Below are positions 9,548-18,375 of a DNA stretch of 44,707 nt, one piece after another. Origin of the DNA: Candidatus Collierbacteria bacterium GW2011_GWA2_42_17. GTDB lineage: Bacteria > Patescibacteriota > Microgenomatia > UBA1400 > MFAQ01. Each line of letters opens with the position of its first letter. The first letter of the stretch is position 1. The stretch covers positions 1-44,707 of the forward strand of contig LCDA01000002.1 in the NCBI GenBank assembly GCA_000998275.1, written 5' to 3'. The notes under the pieces were generated by a model, which had not been told where the DNA came from, did no database searches, and worked only from the letters and a program-made list of their open reading frames with translations. The position numbers and the translations under genes were made by a program.

Positions 9548-10557
9548 GAATTTTCAGTCGCTAAACCATAAGCTATCGCAAAAACCGGTCCCAAAGCTGA
9601 ATTCTTTTGATCAATACTCATCCCCGAAAAAGGGTTACCCATCACGATTTCAACTCCAGAAAGGGACTCTGACAAATAGGGGATTAGACCAAGTAGATAT
9701 GCTCCTCCCCCTGTCAAAATTATTCTATTTACTGTTGACTCGGGGTGTTCATTTTGATAAGCGATGGTCAGTTTCTTCAATTCACCGGCCAAGTTGTCAA
9801 TCACCGGCTTCAAAACAGTAAACATCTTACCCTCAAGCTGATCCTTTACCATTCCGTACGTCCTCTTGTAACTTTCGGCCTGGTCTAGGGGCAGTCCAAA
9901 GGCGTCTGCAATCAACTTAGTCATCACCAAGCCTCCAAACGGTAGGTAATAATTTCCAAAGATCTGTTCTTTACCGGCCAAAACCAACCCCGTACCACTG
10001 GACCCAATATTTACCAGAATAGAAGGGTTTTCATCACTCATAACTGATGAAAAAGACCTCATCAAAGCGGGAATCTCATTTTCCAGCCTCAAAGGTGATA
10101 ACTCAACCAGCTCCAGTAGTTGAACATAAGCATCCGACACCGGTGTTGGTACCGCCACTACATAAACCGAAATTTTTTCATCACCCTTTATCTTATTTGG
10201 TTTATTCAAAACTGCCCATGACGTCTCCACCTCATTAGGGGGAAAGGGGACAGATTGATCCAGCTCCCATTTTATTGCCGTTGCCAGTTCTGGTGAAGAC
10301 ATAATCGGCAACTGCATTAACTTGGAAAACACCAACGACTCGGAAATAGAAGCAACAACTTGTTTACCCTTAAGACCGGCACTCTTAATTAACTCTTTCA
10401 AGTGATCGGCCAGGGCAATTTTCTCGGCGTTATTCATCGCCATTAGATTCTTATTGGAAGGATTAGCGGCCACAACTACCGCCGAGATTTTTTTCCCGTC
10501 AATCTTAAGAATTTTAATACTTGTAGAACCAATATCTAAACCAAAATGGGCAGCCAT
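9544..10557 (-). CDS. pilM: Type IV pilus assembly protein PilM
   Basis: FGLDIGSTSIK, actin-like fold, IILTGGGAYL, GNPF, AIAYGLA. Confidence 0.92.
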   Translation of the reverse strand: MAAHFGLDIGSTSIKILKIDGKKISAVVVAANPSNKNLMAMNNAEKIALADHLKELIKSAGLKGKQVVASISESLVFSKLMQLPIMSSPELATAIKWELDQSVPFPPNEVETSWAVLNKPNKIKGDEKISVYVVAVPTPVSDAYVQLLELVELSPLRLENEIPALMRSFSSVMSDENPSILVNIGSSGTGLVLAGKEQIFGNYYLPFGGLVMTKLIADAFGLPLDQAESYKRTYGMVKDQLEGKMFTVLKPVIDNLAGELKKLTIAYQNEHPESTVNRIILTGGGAYLLGLIPYLSESLSGVEIVMGNPFSGMSIDQKNSALGPVFAIAYGLATENS

Positions 10558-10611
10558 ACTGTACTCAGTATACCTTAATTTACAATATCAAAACATCATC
10601 AATTACCAAAA

Positions 10612-11361
10612 TTACTGAACAATACTTCCTCCGGAGAACAGGGCATAATCAAAAACCGACGGTATACTATCAGCAGCCGACTCATCATACTGCAGTCCGT
10701 ACTTTACCGTTTGACTTCCAGACTGCACTGACCCGGTCGACTTTATTGACTTTATCTGTGAAGGAAATTCTGCACCGACAGGCAATACCCTTAATAAAGC
10801 CGGAGAACCTAAGACAGTAATTCTCACCTTAACCACGTTGATATTCAGAGCAATATTGGGTGTTCTTTTTGCATAACCTCCAGAACCGGCTGTCGCAACG
10901 GTAAACCCATTTAAACCGTCATAATCATAGGCATAATCGGTGACAGTTCCGGAACTCGTTATCACGGAAATAAAAACTGCTGGTTTATTACTTGGATTAT
11001 CATTGTCCGGCCCCCAGTAAACAATAAAACTCGTTAAAGCGGCATTTGCCGGTTGCAAATTAAGCTCTACAGTACTCCCAATATCCATTGATCCCAAGTC
11101 CACACTACTCTTACCGATATCGGATTTTTCTGCATAATAATCCGTCCCCATTAGCCCGGCCGTGCTTCCCGACGGATTCATAATTAACTGTTCTAAACCA
11201 GTCTGGGCAAAAAGTAATGCTTGAACTCCCTCAGACTCCGACTGTTGAATTTTTGTGTCGACTGTCGAACGAGAAGCTAAAGACACCGCCAAAGTACTCA
11301 CAACCGTCATTATCAGCACCAGCACCAAAGCTACCTGTCCTTTGTGTTCACCTTTTATCAT
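10612..11361 (-). CDS. PilX-like minor pilin
   Basis: KG|QVALVLVLIM prepilin-like N-terminus lacking Glu5; AQTGLEQ motif. Confidence 0.75.
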   Translation of the reverse strand: MIKGEHKGQVALVLVLIMTVVSTLAVSLASRSTVDTKIQQSESEGVQALLFAQTGLEQLIMNPSGSTAGLMGTDYYAEKSDIGKSSVDLGSMDIGSTVELNLQPANAALTSFIVYWGPDNDNPSNKPAVFISVITSSGTVTDYAYDYDGLNGFTVATAGSGGYAKRTPNIALNINVVKVRITVLGSPALLRVLPVGAEFPSQIKSIKSTGSVQSGSQTVKYGLQYDESAADSIPSVFDYALFSGGSIVQ

Positions 11362-11362
11362 T

Positions 11363-11887
11363 TCAGTTTATACCGCTATTAAGCAAATTTATGTCCTTGT
11401 TAAAAACACCCGTAGCCACTTCACCGGATTTTCCGCTGGCATTGGCTTCAATCACCATTTTTATCTTATCATTAACCCCGGATCTACAATACCAAGTAAA
11501 CTCCATTTTTGTTACCTCGATCTCCGGGTTACTAATAGGTACGGCTGAGTCCGAAGACACCACTCCTCCCGAAAGAGAATAGGTTGCTTTTCCACCGGCA
11601 AGATCCATCACCACTAGAGTACTCCCGCTAACACCACTAGTTCCGGCTGCTACACAGCTTAGTCTGTCACTGGTACCAACGCGGACGACCTCACCATAAC
11701 GCAAACTCCTCTCAATCATTTCATCCAAAGACCTCAAACTATTATTTAACGCCGTCTGAATATCACTGATACCACTCGAACGGAAACTCCGATAAAAAAT
11801 TGCTGTCCCACCCGCTAACACGATAACTAAAAGCGATACTGCCACCACCAACTCAACCAACGTATATCCCCTTAATCTGTTTTTCAT
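11363..11887 (-). CDS. Minor pilin (PilW/PulJ-like)
   Basis: MKNRLRG|YTLVELVVAV; start reassigned to 11887, an ATGA overlap with the upstream stop. Confidence 0.8.
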   Translation of the reverse strand: MKNRLRGYTLVELVVAVSLLVIVLAGGTAIFYRSFRSSGISDIQTALNNSLRSLDEMIERSLRYGEVVRVGTSDRLSCVAAGTSGVSGSTLVVMDLAGGKATYSLSGGVVSSDSAVPISNPEIEVTKMEFTWYCRSGVNDKIKMVIEANASGKSGEVATGVFNKDINLLNSGIN

Positions 11888-12297
11888 TTTGTCAATTTTG
11901 CTAATATCTGAGAAAACTCGGTCGTAATCTCTTTGTCTGCATCCTTCCACACGATCTTCACCGTCATCTTCGTACCATTCGGAATACCGGTACTGTCATA
12001 AGTAATCGTACATACATACTTAACTGGATCAGGATTATCCACACAGGTGCTATAACCACCTTGCGGGTTAGGACTCTGAAAAAATAATGTTGGTTCCAAA
12101 TCTCTTGCCTGACGATAGTAATTCAACTGATTCTGAGCAATATTTGTCGCCGCATTTTTACCAGCCTGGAAGCTGGCCAAGCTTAAAGATCTAGAAATAA
12201 GATCCGATACCCCCACCAAAACTACGGCAATAATTCCCACGGCTACTACAATCTCAATCAGTGACTGCCCTTTGTTGTTTTTAAGGATATGTTTCAT
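11884..12297 (-). CDS. Minor pilin (PilV-like)
   Basis: KG|QSLIEIVVAVGII; AATNIAQNQLNYYR. Confidence 0.8.
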   Translation of the reverse strand: MKHILKNNKGQSLIEIVVAVGIIAVVLVGVSDLISRSLSLASFQAGKNAATNIAQNQLNYYRQARDLEPTLFFQSPNPQGGYSTCVDNPDPVKYVCTITYDSTGIPNGTKMTVKIVWKDADKEITTEFSQILAKLTK

Positions 12298-12778
12298 ACT
12301 CTTTTGTACTGATATTTCCGTTTGCGTCTGTTTTTACTACCACAGTGTAGGGATCATTGGAATTTTGAATAGGAAACTCTCCAACTTGACTGATAGCTCC
12401 CGTTCCTGCCCCAAAATAGATATCTACTGTGTCCGTAAAAAATACTTTCGTCAATACTTCCTCATTAGCTTTCACCAATATTTCTACGCCGTTACAAAAT
12501 GCGGAAGTGGTCATGGTCACACAACCCTCTCCTGCGCAATCTGCTTTTAAACGATACCTTTCCAATTTGGAACCGCAACCTGCAGGATAAACCAAGTTTT
12601 TTGCCATTGCTTGTACTTTCCTCATCTCTGTTGCAAAATTCCTGGCATCATTCATCGCTGCCTGCCTTTGACTAAAACGAAAATAAGCAGCTATTGACAT
12701 ACCCGACATTAAGATAATAATGGCAATCACCACTATCAACTCGATCAATGTAAAACCACTATGTTTTATTATCCTCAT
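12281..12778 (-). CDS. Minor pilin (FimT/FimU/PulH-like)
   Basis: SG|FTLIELIVVIAII. Confidence 0.8.
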   Translation of the reverse strand: MRIIKHSGFTLIELIVVIAIIILMSGMSIAAYFRFSQRQAAMNDARNFATEMRKVQAMAKNLVYPAGCGSKLERYRLKADCAGEGCVTMTTSAFCNGVEILVKANEEVLTKVFFTDTVDIYFGAGTGAISQVGEFPIQNSNDPYTVVVKTDANGNISTKEYETYP

Positions 12779-13143
12779 GGATTGGTGACCGATTTTGCTC
12801 CACCTTCATAACAACTTGCTGTCAGAGTATACCCACCACCTGCCGGTGCGTAAGTATAAGTCGTGGTTGGGCAAGGTTTTGGATCAAGTGGGGTAGTTGT
12901 TAAAGTAACTACCGTAGTTGTCAAAGGACAGGTAACAGAGGGGTAAATTAAAGCCGGATACTCTCCATCGATTGATCGGCACATCTCCAAAGCTTGTCGA
13001 ATAGCCTCCATATCGGAGCTTCTTCTAGCATTCCTGGAATTTTTGCTTATCGTCGTATAAGACACCACCCCGGCCGCAAAAATCACCGCAATTATTGTAA
13101 TTACTACCAAGAGCTCAATAAAAGTAAAGCCGTTTCTTTTCAT
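12775..13143 (-). CDS. GspG-like type IV pilin
   Basis: NG|FTFIELLVV; SRNARRSSDMEAIRQALE..DGEYP. Confidence 0.85.
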   Translation of the reverse strand: MKRNGFTFIELLVVITIIAVIFAAGVVSYTTISKNSRNARRSSDMEAIRQALEMCRSIDGEYPALIYPSVTCPLTTTVVTLTTTPLDPKPCPTTTYTYAPAGGGYTLTASCYEGGAKSVTNP

Positions 13144-13550
13144 TGTAAATTAGCTACACAATAATGAGTTTTTCCTGCCCAAGTACACCCCGAACCGGAG
13201 TTCCCTGAGGTGTCTTTTTCCATCAACGCACAGATACAGTAGCTCGTAGTGGTTGCGCAGGTTGTGTTTTCAACATATTTATAAGTAGCATCATTTATGG
13301 GGTCTACCGGCCAAGAACTTTTCAAATACGAAGCAGCCGTCGAACACGTCGCCGGATATTTGTAACTGTTCGCAGAATAATACTGTTCCAAGGCATTCTG
13401 CATGGCTACTAAGTCCTGTTTTCTTCTTGAGTCTCGTCCACTTTTTTGAGTTGCCGAGTACGACACCGTTGCCAAAGCAACGAGAATTCCGATAATCCCG
13501 ATTACTACCAACAACTCCAATAGGGTGAAGGCGTTTTTAATTTTATCCAT
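13140..13550 (-). CDS. GspG-like type IV pilin
   Basis: MDKIKNA|FTLLELLVV; GRDSRRKQDL..ALEQY; start reassigned to ATG 13550. Confidence 0.85.
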   Translation of the reverse strand: MDKIKNAFTLLELLVVIGIIGILVALATVSYSATQKSGRDSRRKQDLVAMQNALEQYYSANSYKYPATCSTAASYLKSSWPVDPINDATYKYVENTTCATTTSYCICALMEKDTSGNSGSGCTWAGKTHYCVANLQ

Positions 13551-13551
13551 T

Positions 13552-13986
13552 TTATTGATTATTAACTTGATAAATAACTCCGGTGTTTGTAGTTCCTCCA
13601 CAAGCAACGACAGGAACTAATTTCGTTGAATCTGCTGTATTTTCCAAACAGGCAGTAATTGAATAACTCAGATTTGAATTTAACGCCGTATAAACATAAT
13701 TTGCCCAAGTACTTCCCTTGGGATCAAGAAATACAACCGTGGAATAACCTCCGTTTATCAAATATGTTGTTTGATCGGCAGTCGAAAGAGTTGCTGGATA
13801 TTTTCCGTTGTTGTCGTTTCGATATAATTCCAAAGCCTTCTGAAGCTGACTGAGATCGCTTTTTCTTTGCACGTCTCTGGCTCTGGCTCTGGCTTGATTG
13901 AAGTTAAAAATTGCCATTCCGGTAAGAACGGCAATAATCCCCATGGTGACCAATAGCTCGATTAAGGTAAATCCGTTTTTTTTCAT
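13552..13986 (-). CDS. GspG-like type IV pilin
   Basis: NG|FTLIELLV; ARDVQRKSDLSQLQKALELY..GKYP. Confidence 0.87.
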   Translation of the reverse strand: MKKNGFTLIELLVTMGIIAVLTGMAIFNFNQARARARDVQRKSDLSQLQKALELYRNDNNGKYPATLSTADQTTYLINGGYSTVVFLDPKGSTWANYVYTALNSNLSYSITACLENTADSTKLVPVVACGGTTNTGVIYQVNNQ

Positions 13987-13988
13987 TA

Positions 13989-14534
13989 TTATTTTGCTTT
14001 TATTAATCCAGTTTCGGTAATCTTATAATTACATGGAGAAGAACCGCAATCGGCTCCATCTGATGCCCAATCGGTTTTTGTGGTGGTTCCGGATATCACT
14101 ACGACATCTTTGTCTTCAAGATTTTCCAGAGAAGTGTAATAAGCAAAACTACTCAAAGAGGCGTCTGGTTTGTAGTAATATTTTCTTGCGTTATCCGCAT
14201 CAACCGGTAGTTTGTCTAAATAAATCGTCGATTTTCCATTAAAACAATATGTAAATTTAGTCGTGCAGGCTGCGGGAGAACTGCAGGTGTCAGGTGCAGA
14301 GGTAGAACTACACATAATTTGACCGCTTCCGTTACTGCTCGGGTATGAACCCGCATCGTTGTAGTAAAGCTCAAGTGCCTTAGCTATCTGATTTAGGTCA
14401 TTTTTTCTCTGTGTGTCTTTGGACTTAACGGTTGCTTGAGTAAACGAACCAATTCCAATAACGGACAATATACCGATAATCGCCATCACCAAAATTAACT
14501 CAATCAAAGTAAATCCTCCCATTTGTCTTCTCAC
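13989..14534 (-). CDS. GspG-like type IV pilin
   Basis: GG|FTLIELILV; SKDTQRKNDLNQIAKALELYYNDAGSYP. Confidence 0.87.
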   Translation of the reverse strand: MRRQMGGFTLIELILVMAIIGILSVIGIGSFTQATVKSKDTQRKNDLNQIAKALELYYNDAGSYPSSNGSGQIMCSSTSAPDTCSSPAACTTKFTYCFNGKSTIYLDKLPVDADNARKYYYKPDASLSSFAYYTSLENLEDKDVVVISGTTTKTDWASDGADCGSSPCNYKITETGLIKAK

Positions 14535-14565
14535 AAATTCATTGTGCTTTAAACCTAATCAAATG

Positions 14566-15381
14566 TCAAACAAGTAGCCCCATATACCAACTCCAAACCG
14601 ATCCGCCCCATACCAGAGCAATAACTGTTCCGGCAATCAAAAACGGTCCGAATGGTAAATACTGACCTAGCTTTTTCTTTCCGAACACTATCAAGGTCAT
14701 CCCTACAACCGCCCCCAAAACGAAAGAGAAGAACACACCTGGAACTATTTTCGGCCACCCTAGCAGTAGCCCAAGAGCGGGTGCCAAATAAATATCACCC
14801 ATTCCAAAACCGTCAACCTTTTTAATCATTTTAGTTAGCATTTGAATAATCAAAAAAAGTAAGCACAGACCCAGTCCAGATAGAAGAGCTTGCACAAAGT
14901 CCGTGACCTGCATAATACCAAAGCCGGTTAATCCCACGCGATAAAACAGAGCCAAAGAAAAAAGTAATAGGTTAAGACTAAACGGGATTACCATATATAG
15001 TAAATCCGTCATAAATATGGCCAACATCACCATTCCGACAGTTAGCCAGAACACCGGCTGAATAAAACTCCAAGGAGACCCAACTAGCTTAAAAAAATTA
15101 AAACCCACCAAAAACCACCACACAAACATTACCCCGGTCAAAACTTCAATCAGAGGATAACGGATCGAGATCTTTTTATGACAATAAGCACATCTTCCCC
15201 TGAGCCACAAAAAAGAAAACAAGGGAATATTATAAAACCATGCCAGCTGATGTTTGCATTTTGGGCACATGGATCTACCGGATAGGGGAGAGGAACCATG
15301 AGACACGCGAAAAATTACCACATTCAAAAAAGATCCCCAAATCATGCCCATCACAAATATAAATAAAACTATCAAAACCAT
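14566..15381 (-). CDS. pilD: Prepilin peptidase (A24)
   Basis: GSFLNVVIFR, RSMCPKC...GRCAYC, TDL, GMGD, PFGPFL; start reassigned to 15381, downstream of the terminator. Confidence 0.93.
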   Translation of the reverse strand: MVLIVLFIFVMGMIWGSFLNVVIFRVSHGSSPLSGRSMCPKCKHQLAWFYNIPLFSFLWLRGRCAYCHKKISIRYPLIEVLTGVMFVWWFLVGFNFFKLVGSPWSFIQPVFWLTVGMVMLAIFMTDLLYMVIPFSLNLLLFSLALFYRVGLTGFGIMQVTDFVQALLSGLGLCLLFLIIQMLTKMIKKVDGFGMGDIYLAPALGLLLGWPKIVPGVFFSFVLGAVVGMTLIVFGKKKLGQYLPFGPFLIAGTVIALVWGGSVWSWYMGLLV

Positions 15382-15420
15382 AGAACAATGATACATCAAA
15401 TTCCTTCGTTCCAGAGCACA

Positions 15421-15447
15421 AAAAAGAGGGGGCACACCCCTCTTTTT
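15421..15447. terminator. Intrinsic terminator after the major pilin (bidirectional geometry)
   Basis: AAAAAGAGGGG-gcaca-CCCCTCTTTTT. Confidence 0.85.
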
Positions 15448-15464
15448 CAAGTAATACTAAATTC

Positions 15465-16049
15465 TTACTGGAAACACTGGACGCACTGTCCGGCGTCTCT
15501 TTGGTCAACTGTACAACCCGCGGTGACTACACCTGCTGTTGCGATGTTATAGATTGTTTGAGCGTCAGATCTGTTTGACTTACTCTCGGGGGGAAAACAA
15601 ACTCCCACTCTGGTCGTACTACCCGAAGTCAAATACAAGGTAGTTGATAGTCCGTCAAAGAAGGTGTCCTTTATCTCGCCATCAACACTTAGAGTGTTAT
15701 CGATACAAGTTTTCATTAAGGCATCATGACCAGGCGACCCAGCCTTATTAACAAGGACAGCTGGGAAAGGATAGGCCGTTGTCGGAGTCCTTAAAGTATC
15801 AATTGTTGCTGATGTGCAGTCATACACAGCACCAGTCATTTTGTACCAAGGTAGATAGCCATGTGTTGCGTAATATCTCTGTGAGGAACCAAGCATCTCA
15901 ATCGCCGCACTCCTGTTGTTCGTGTCACGAGCTTTTTTCAACTGTTCAAACGGGTCGATTGCGGCTAGTAATCCAGCAGCCAAAATTCCCAAAACACCGA
16001 TGACAATCAAAAGTTCCATCAATGTGAAACCTTTATTTGTTTTATTCAT
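15465..16049 (-). CDS. Probable major type IV pilin
   Basis: KG|FTLMELLIVIGVLGILAAGLLAAIDPFEQLKKARD; C-terminal Cys residues; own terminator. Confidence 0.85.
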   Translation of the reverse strand: MNKTNKGFTLMELLIVIGVLGILAAGLLAAIDPFEQLKKARDTNNRSAAIEMLGSSQRYYATHGYLPWYKMTGAVYDCTSATIDTLRTPTTAYPFPAVLVNKAGSPGHDALMKTCIDNTLSVDGEIKDTFFDGLSTTLYLTSGSTTRVGVCFPPESKSNRSDAQTIYNIATAGVVTAGCTVDQRDAGQCVQCFQ

Positions 16050-16096
16050 TTTTTATTATTTTTTATAATTGCAACAACTAATATCACTATGAATGA

Positions 16097-17299
16097 TTAA
16101 AACTGACTTGTCAAGTTATATATAGGCATGATCACGGCTATCACCAAAAAACCAACACCTATACCCATAACAATCATAATCATCGGTTCAATAGCCGTTG
16201 TTAGTGCCTTAATTTTTGTCTCACTTTCACCCTCATAAAAGGTCGCTAGTTTTGCCAACACTTCATCCAGTTTTCCGGTTTCTTCACCAACAGAAATCAT
16301 CTGCCCTAAAATAGGAGGAAAGACCTCCAAGGACTGAATGGCTTCGGCCAAACTTACTCCCTTTTCAACCAAAACCGCCGCTTGTCTTACTTCCGCCCCG
16401 TATACCTTACTCCCCAAAGTCTCCGAAACAATTTGCAAAGTATCCAAAATTGGAATTCCAGCTCCTAGCAAAACACTCACCGTTCTGGCAAACTCCGTCA
16501 AAATAATATCCTTTCGTAGTTTTCCCCAAATAGGGATTCGAAACGTTAACTGCTCGACAATCAGAGAACCTACTTCTGTTTTTGCCCAGTTTCCGATCAA
16601 AACTGACGCCAAAGCAACAACTATCGCAATTCCGTACCAAAACCTCACCACAATATCGCTAATTCCCATTAAAATCCTCGTGGGTGTTGGCAACTCGGCT
16701 CCAAAATCCTTATACATCGCGGTGAGTTTTGGCACTACAAACACCATCATGATTGCTCCGATGACTACCATACCGATAGATACGATCATGGGGTATACCA
16801 TTGCTCCTTTTGTTTTACTCCTAAACTCTCTCTGTTTATCCAAAGCGTCGGCCAATTTCTTTAGAACCTGATCAAGCACCCCGGCCGACTCACCGGCCCG
16901 AACCATGGCGATATACACCGTAGTAAAACCACCTCCGGAACCCTGAAGGGCCTCAGCCAAACTCGAACCCGCCTCAACTTCCGTCAAAACCTTCTCTATC
17001 ACTGTTTTCAGTGCCGGTGTCGACTGCATCTTCAATATTTTTAAGGCATTGACCAAGGGCAATCCGGCACCCACCATCGTCGCCAGTTGTCTAGTAAAGT
17101 TGGTTATCTCATCCTGTTTGGGTTTGGAAAATTTACCAAAAATGGAATCAAAATTGAGTTGGTCTGCTTCCGTAAGCGAAGTAATAATCATTCCCTTACC
17201 ACGCAAGATTGAAACCACTTGTTTTTGATCAGTTGCCTCCATCACACCACTAGAGGCGTTTCCTTTTTGATCTCTTACTTTGTAATTGAAAGCTTTCAT
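16097..17299 (-). CDS. pilC: Type IV pilus platform protein PilC (T2SS F family)
   Basis: FTRQLATMVGAGLPL, GESAGVLD, GAMVYP, GEETGKLD, IEP...MPIY. Confidence 0.95.
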   Translation of the reverse strand: MKAFNYKVRDQKGNASSGVMEATDQKQVVSILRGKGMIITSLTEADQLNFDSIFGKFSKPKQDEITNFTRQLATMVGAGLPLVNALKILKMQSTPALKTVIEKVLTEVEAGSSLAEALQGSGGGFTTVYIAMVRAGESAGVLDQVLKKLADALDKQREFRSKTKGAMVYPMIVSIGMVVIGAIMMVFVVPKLTAMYKDFGAELPTPTRILMGISDIVVRFWYGIAIVVALASVLIGNWAKTEVGSLIVEQLTFRIPIWGKLRKDIILTEFARTVSVLLGAGIPILDTLQIVSETLGSKVYGAEVRQAAVLVEKGVSLAEAIQSLEVFPPILGQMISVGEETGKLDEVLAKLATFYEGESETKIKALTTAIEPMIMIVMGIGVGFLVIAVIMPIYNLTSQF

Positions 17300-17301
17300 T
17301 A

Positions 17302-18375
17302 CTATTTATTTCCCAACAATTTGTCTAATACCGACGGTCGAATGGCATACTCCATCGCCACTGTTTTATCAACGACACTTCGGTTGACCAAATCAGACAA
17401 ACTTTGCTCCAGTAAGCTCATTCCCAAATTTCCGCTCGTTTGAATTACATTATCAATCTGGAAACTCTTGCCTTCGCGGATATTATTACGCACTGCTGGG
17501 GTTGCGATCAATATCTCGGTCGCCACAGCTCGTTTACCATCAACAGTTGGGACTAATCGTTGAGCCAATACTGCCTCCAACACCATCGAAAGCTGCAATA
17601 CAATCTGGGGTTGTTGTTCTTCAGGGAAACTATCCACGATTCTCTCTATTGTTTGCGAAGCCGAGTTTGTATGTAACGTTGCAAATACCAGATGTCCCGT
17701 CTCTGCCATAGTCATCGCTGCCGCCATAGTTTCGGCGTCTCTCATTTCTCCGATGTATATCACGTTTGGATCTTGGCGCAAAACCGACTTCAAGGCATTA
17801 TCCCAAGATCGGGTATCCGATCCCAGCTCACGCTGACTTACTATTGATTTTTTATTTACATGAATAAACTCCACCGGATCCTCAATCGATACTATATGTT
17901 CCGTTCTGGTACTGTTAATTTCATCTAAAACAGACGCTACTGTTGTCGACTTGCCGGAACCGGTCGGGCCAGTCACAATTACGAATCCTTGTTTCAACTT
18001 AGCAAATGCATGACAAATACCTGGTAAGCGCAACTCGTCAATTGCTGGAATCTTATCCGGAATAAAACGCAAGGAAATTGCCGCCGATCCCTTTTGATAA
18101 TAGGCATTGGCTCTAAACCTGGCTTTTCCTGCTACAGAAACAGAAAAATCTATTTCCAGATCCTTTAGGAATTTTTCTTTCTGGGTTTGATTCATCAAGT
18201 TGCTGATATATCCCAAAAGAACTGAGGCACTCATCAATCCGGCTGCTTCATAAAGAACCAGCTTTCCCATGAATCTAAAAATTGGGTAGGAATCGGCCAT
18301 CAAATGCAAATCAGATGCATTTTTTTCGGCAGCCATTATCAACAGATCCTGAATGACGTTGTCGTTTTTTTCCAT
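17302..18375 (-). CDS. pilT: Pilus retraction ATPase PilT
   Basis: ASDLHL, GPTGSGKSTT, IEDPVEF, LRQDP, GEMRD, AETGHLVFATLHTN, AVRNNIRE (AIRNLIRE-like). Confidence 0.93.
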   Translation of the reverse strand: MEKNDNVIQDLLIMAAEKNASDLHLMADSYPIFRFMGKLVLYEAAGLMSASVLLGYISNLMNQTQKEKFLKDLEIDFSVSVAGKARFRANAYYQKGSAAISLRFIPDKIPAIDELRLPGICHAFAKLKQGFVIVTGPTGSGKSTTVASVLDEINSTRTEHIVSIEDPVEFIHVNKKSIVSQRELGSDTRSWDNALKSVLRQDPNVIYIGEMRDAETMAAAMTMAETGHLVFATLHTNSASQTIERIVDSFPEEQQPQIVLQLSMVLEAVLAQRLVPTVDGKRAVATEILIATPAVRNNIREGKSFQIDNVIQTSGNLGMSLLEQSLSDLVNRSVVDKTVAMEYAIRPSVLDKLLGNK

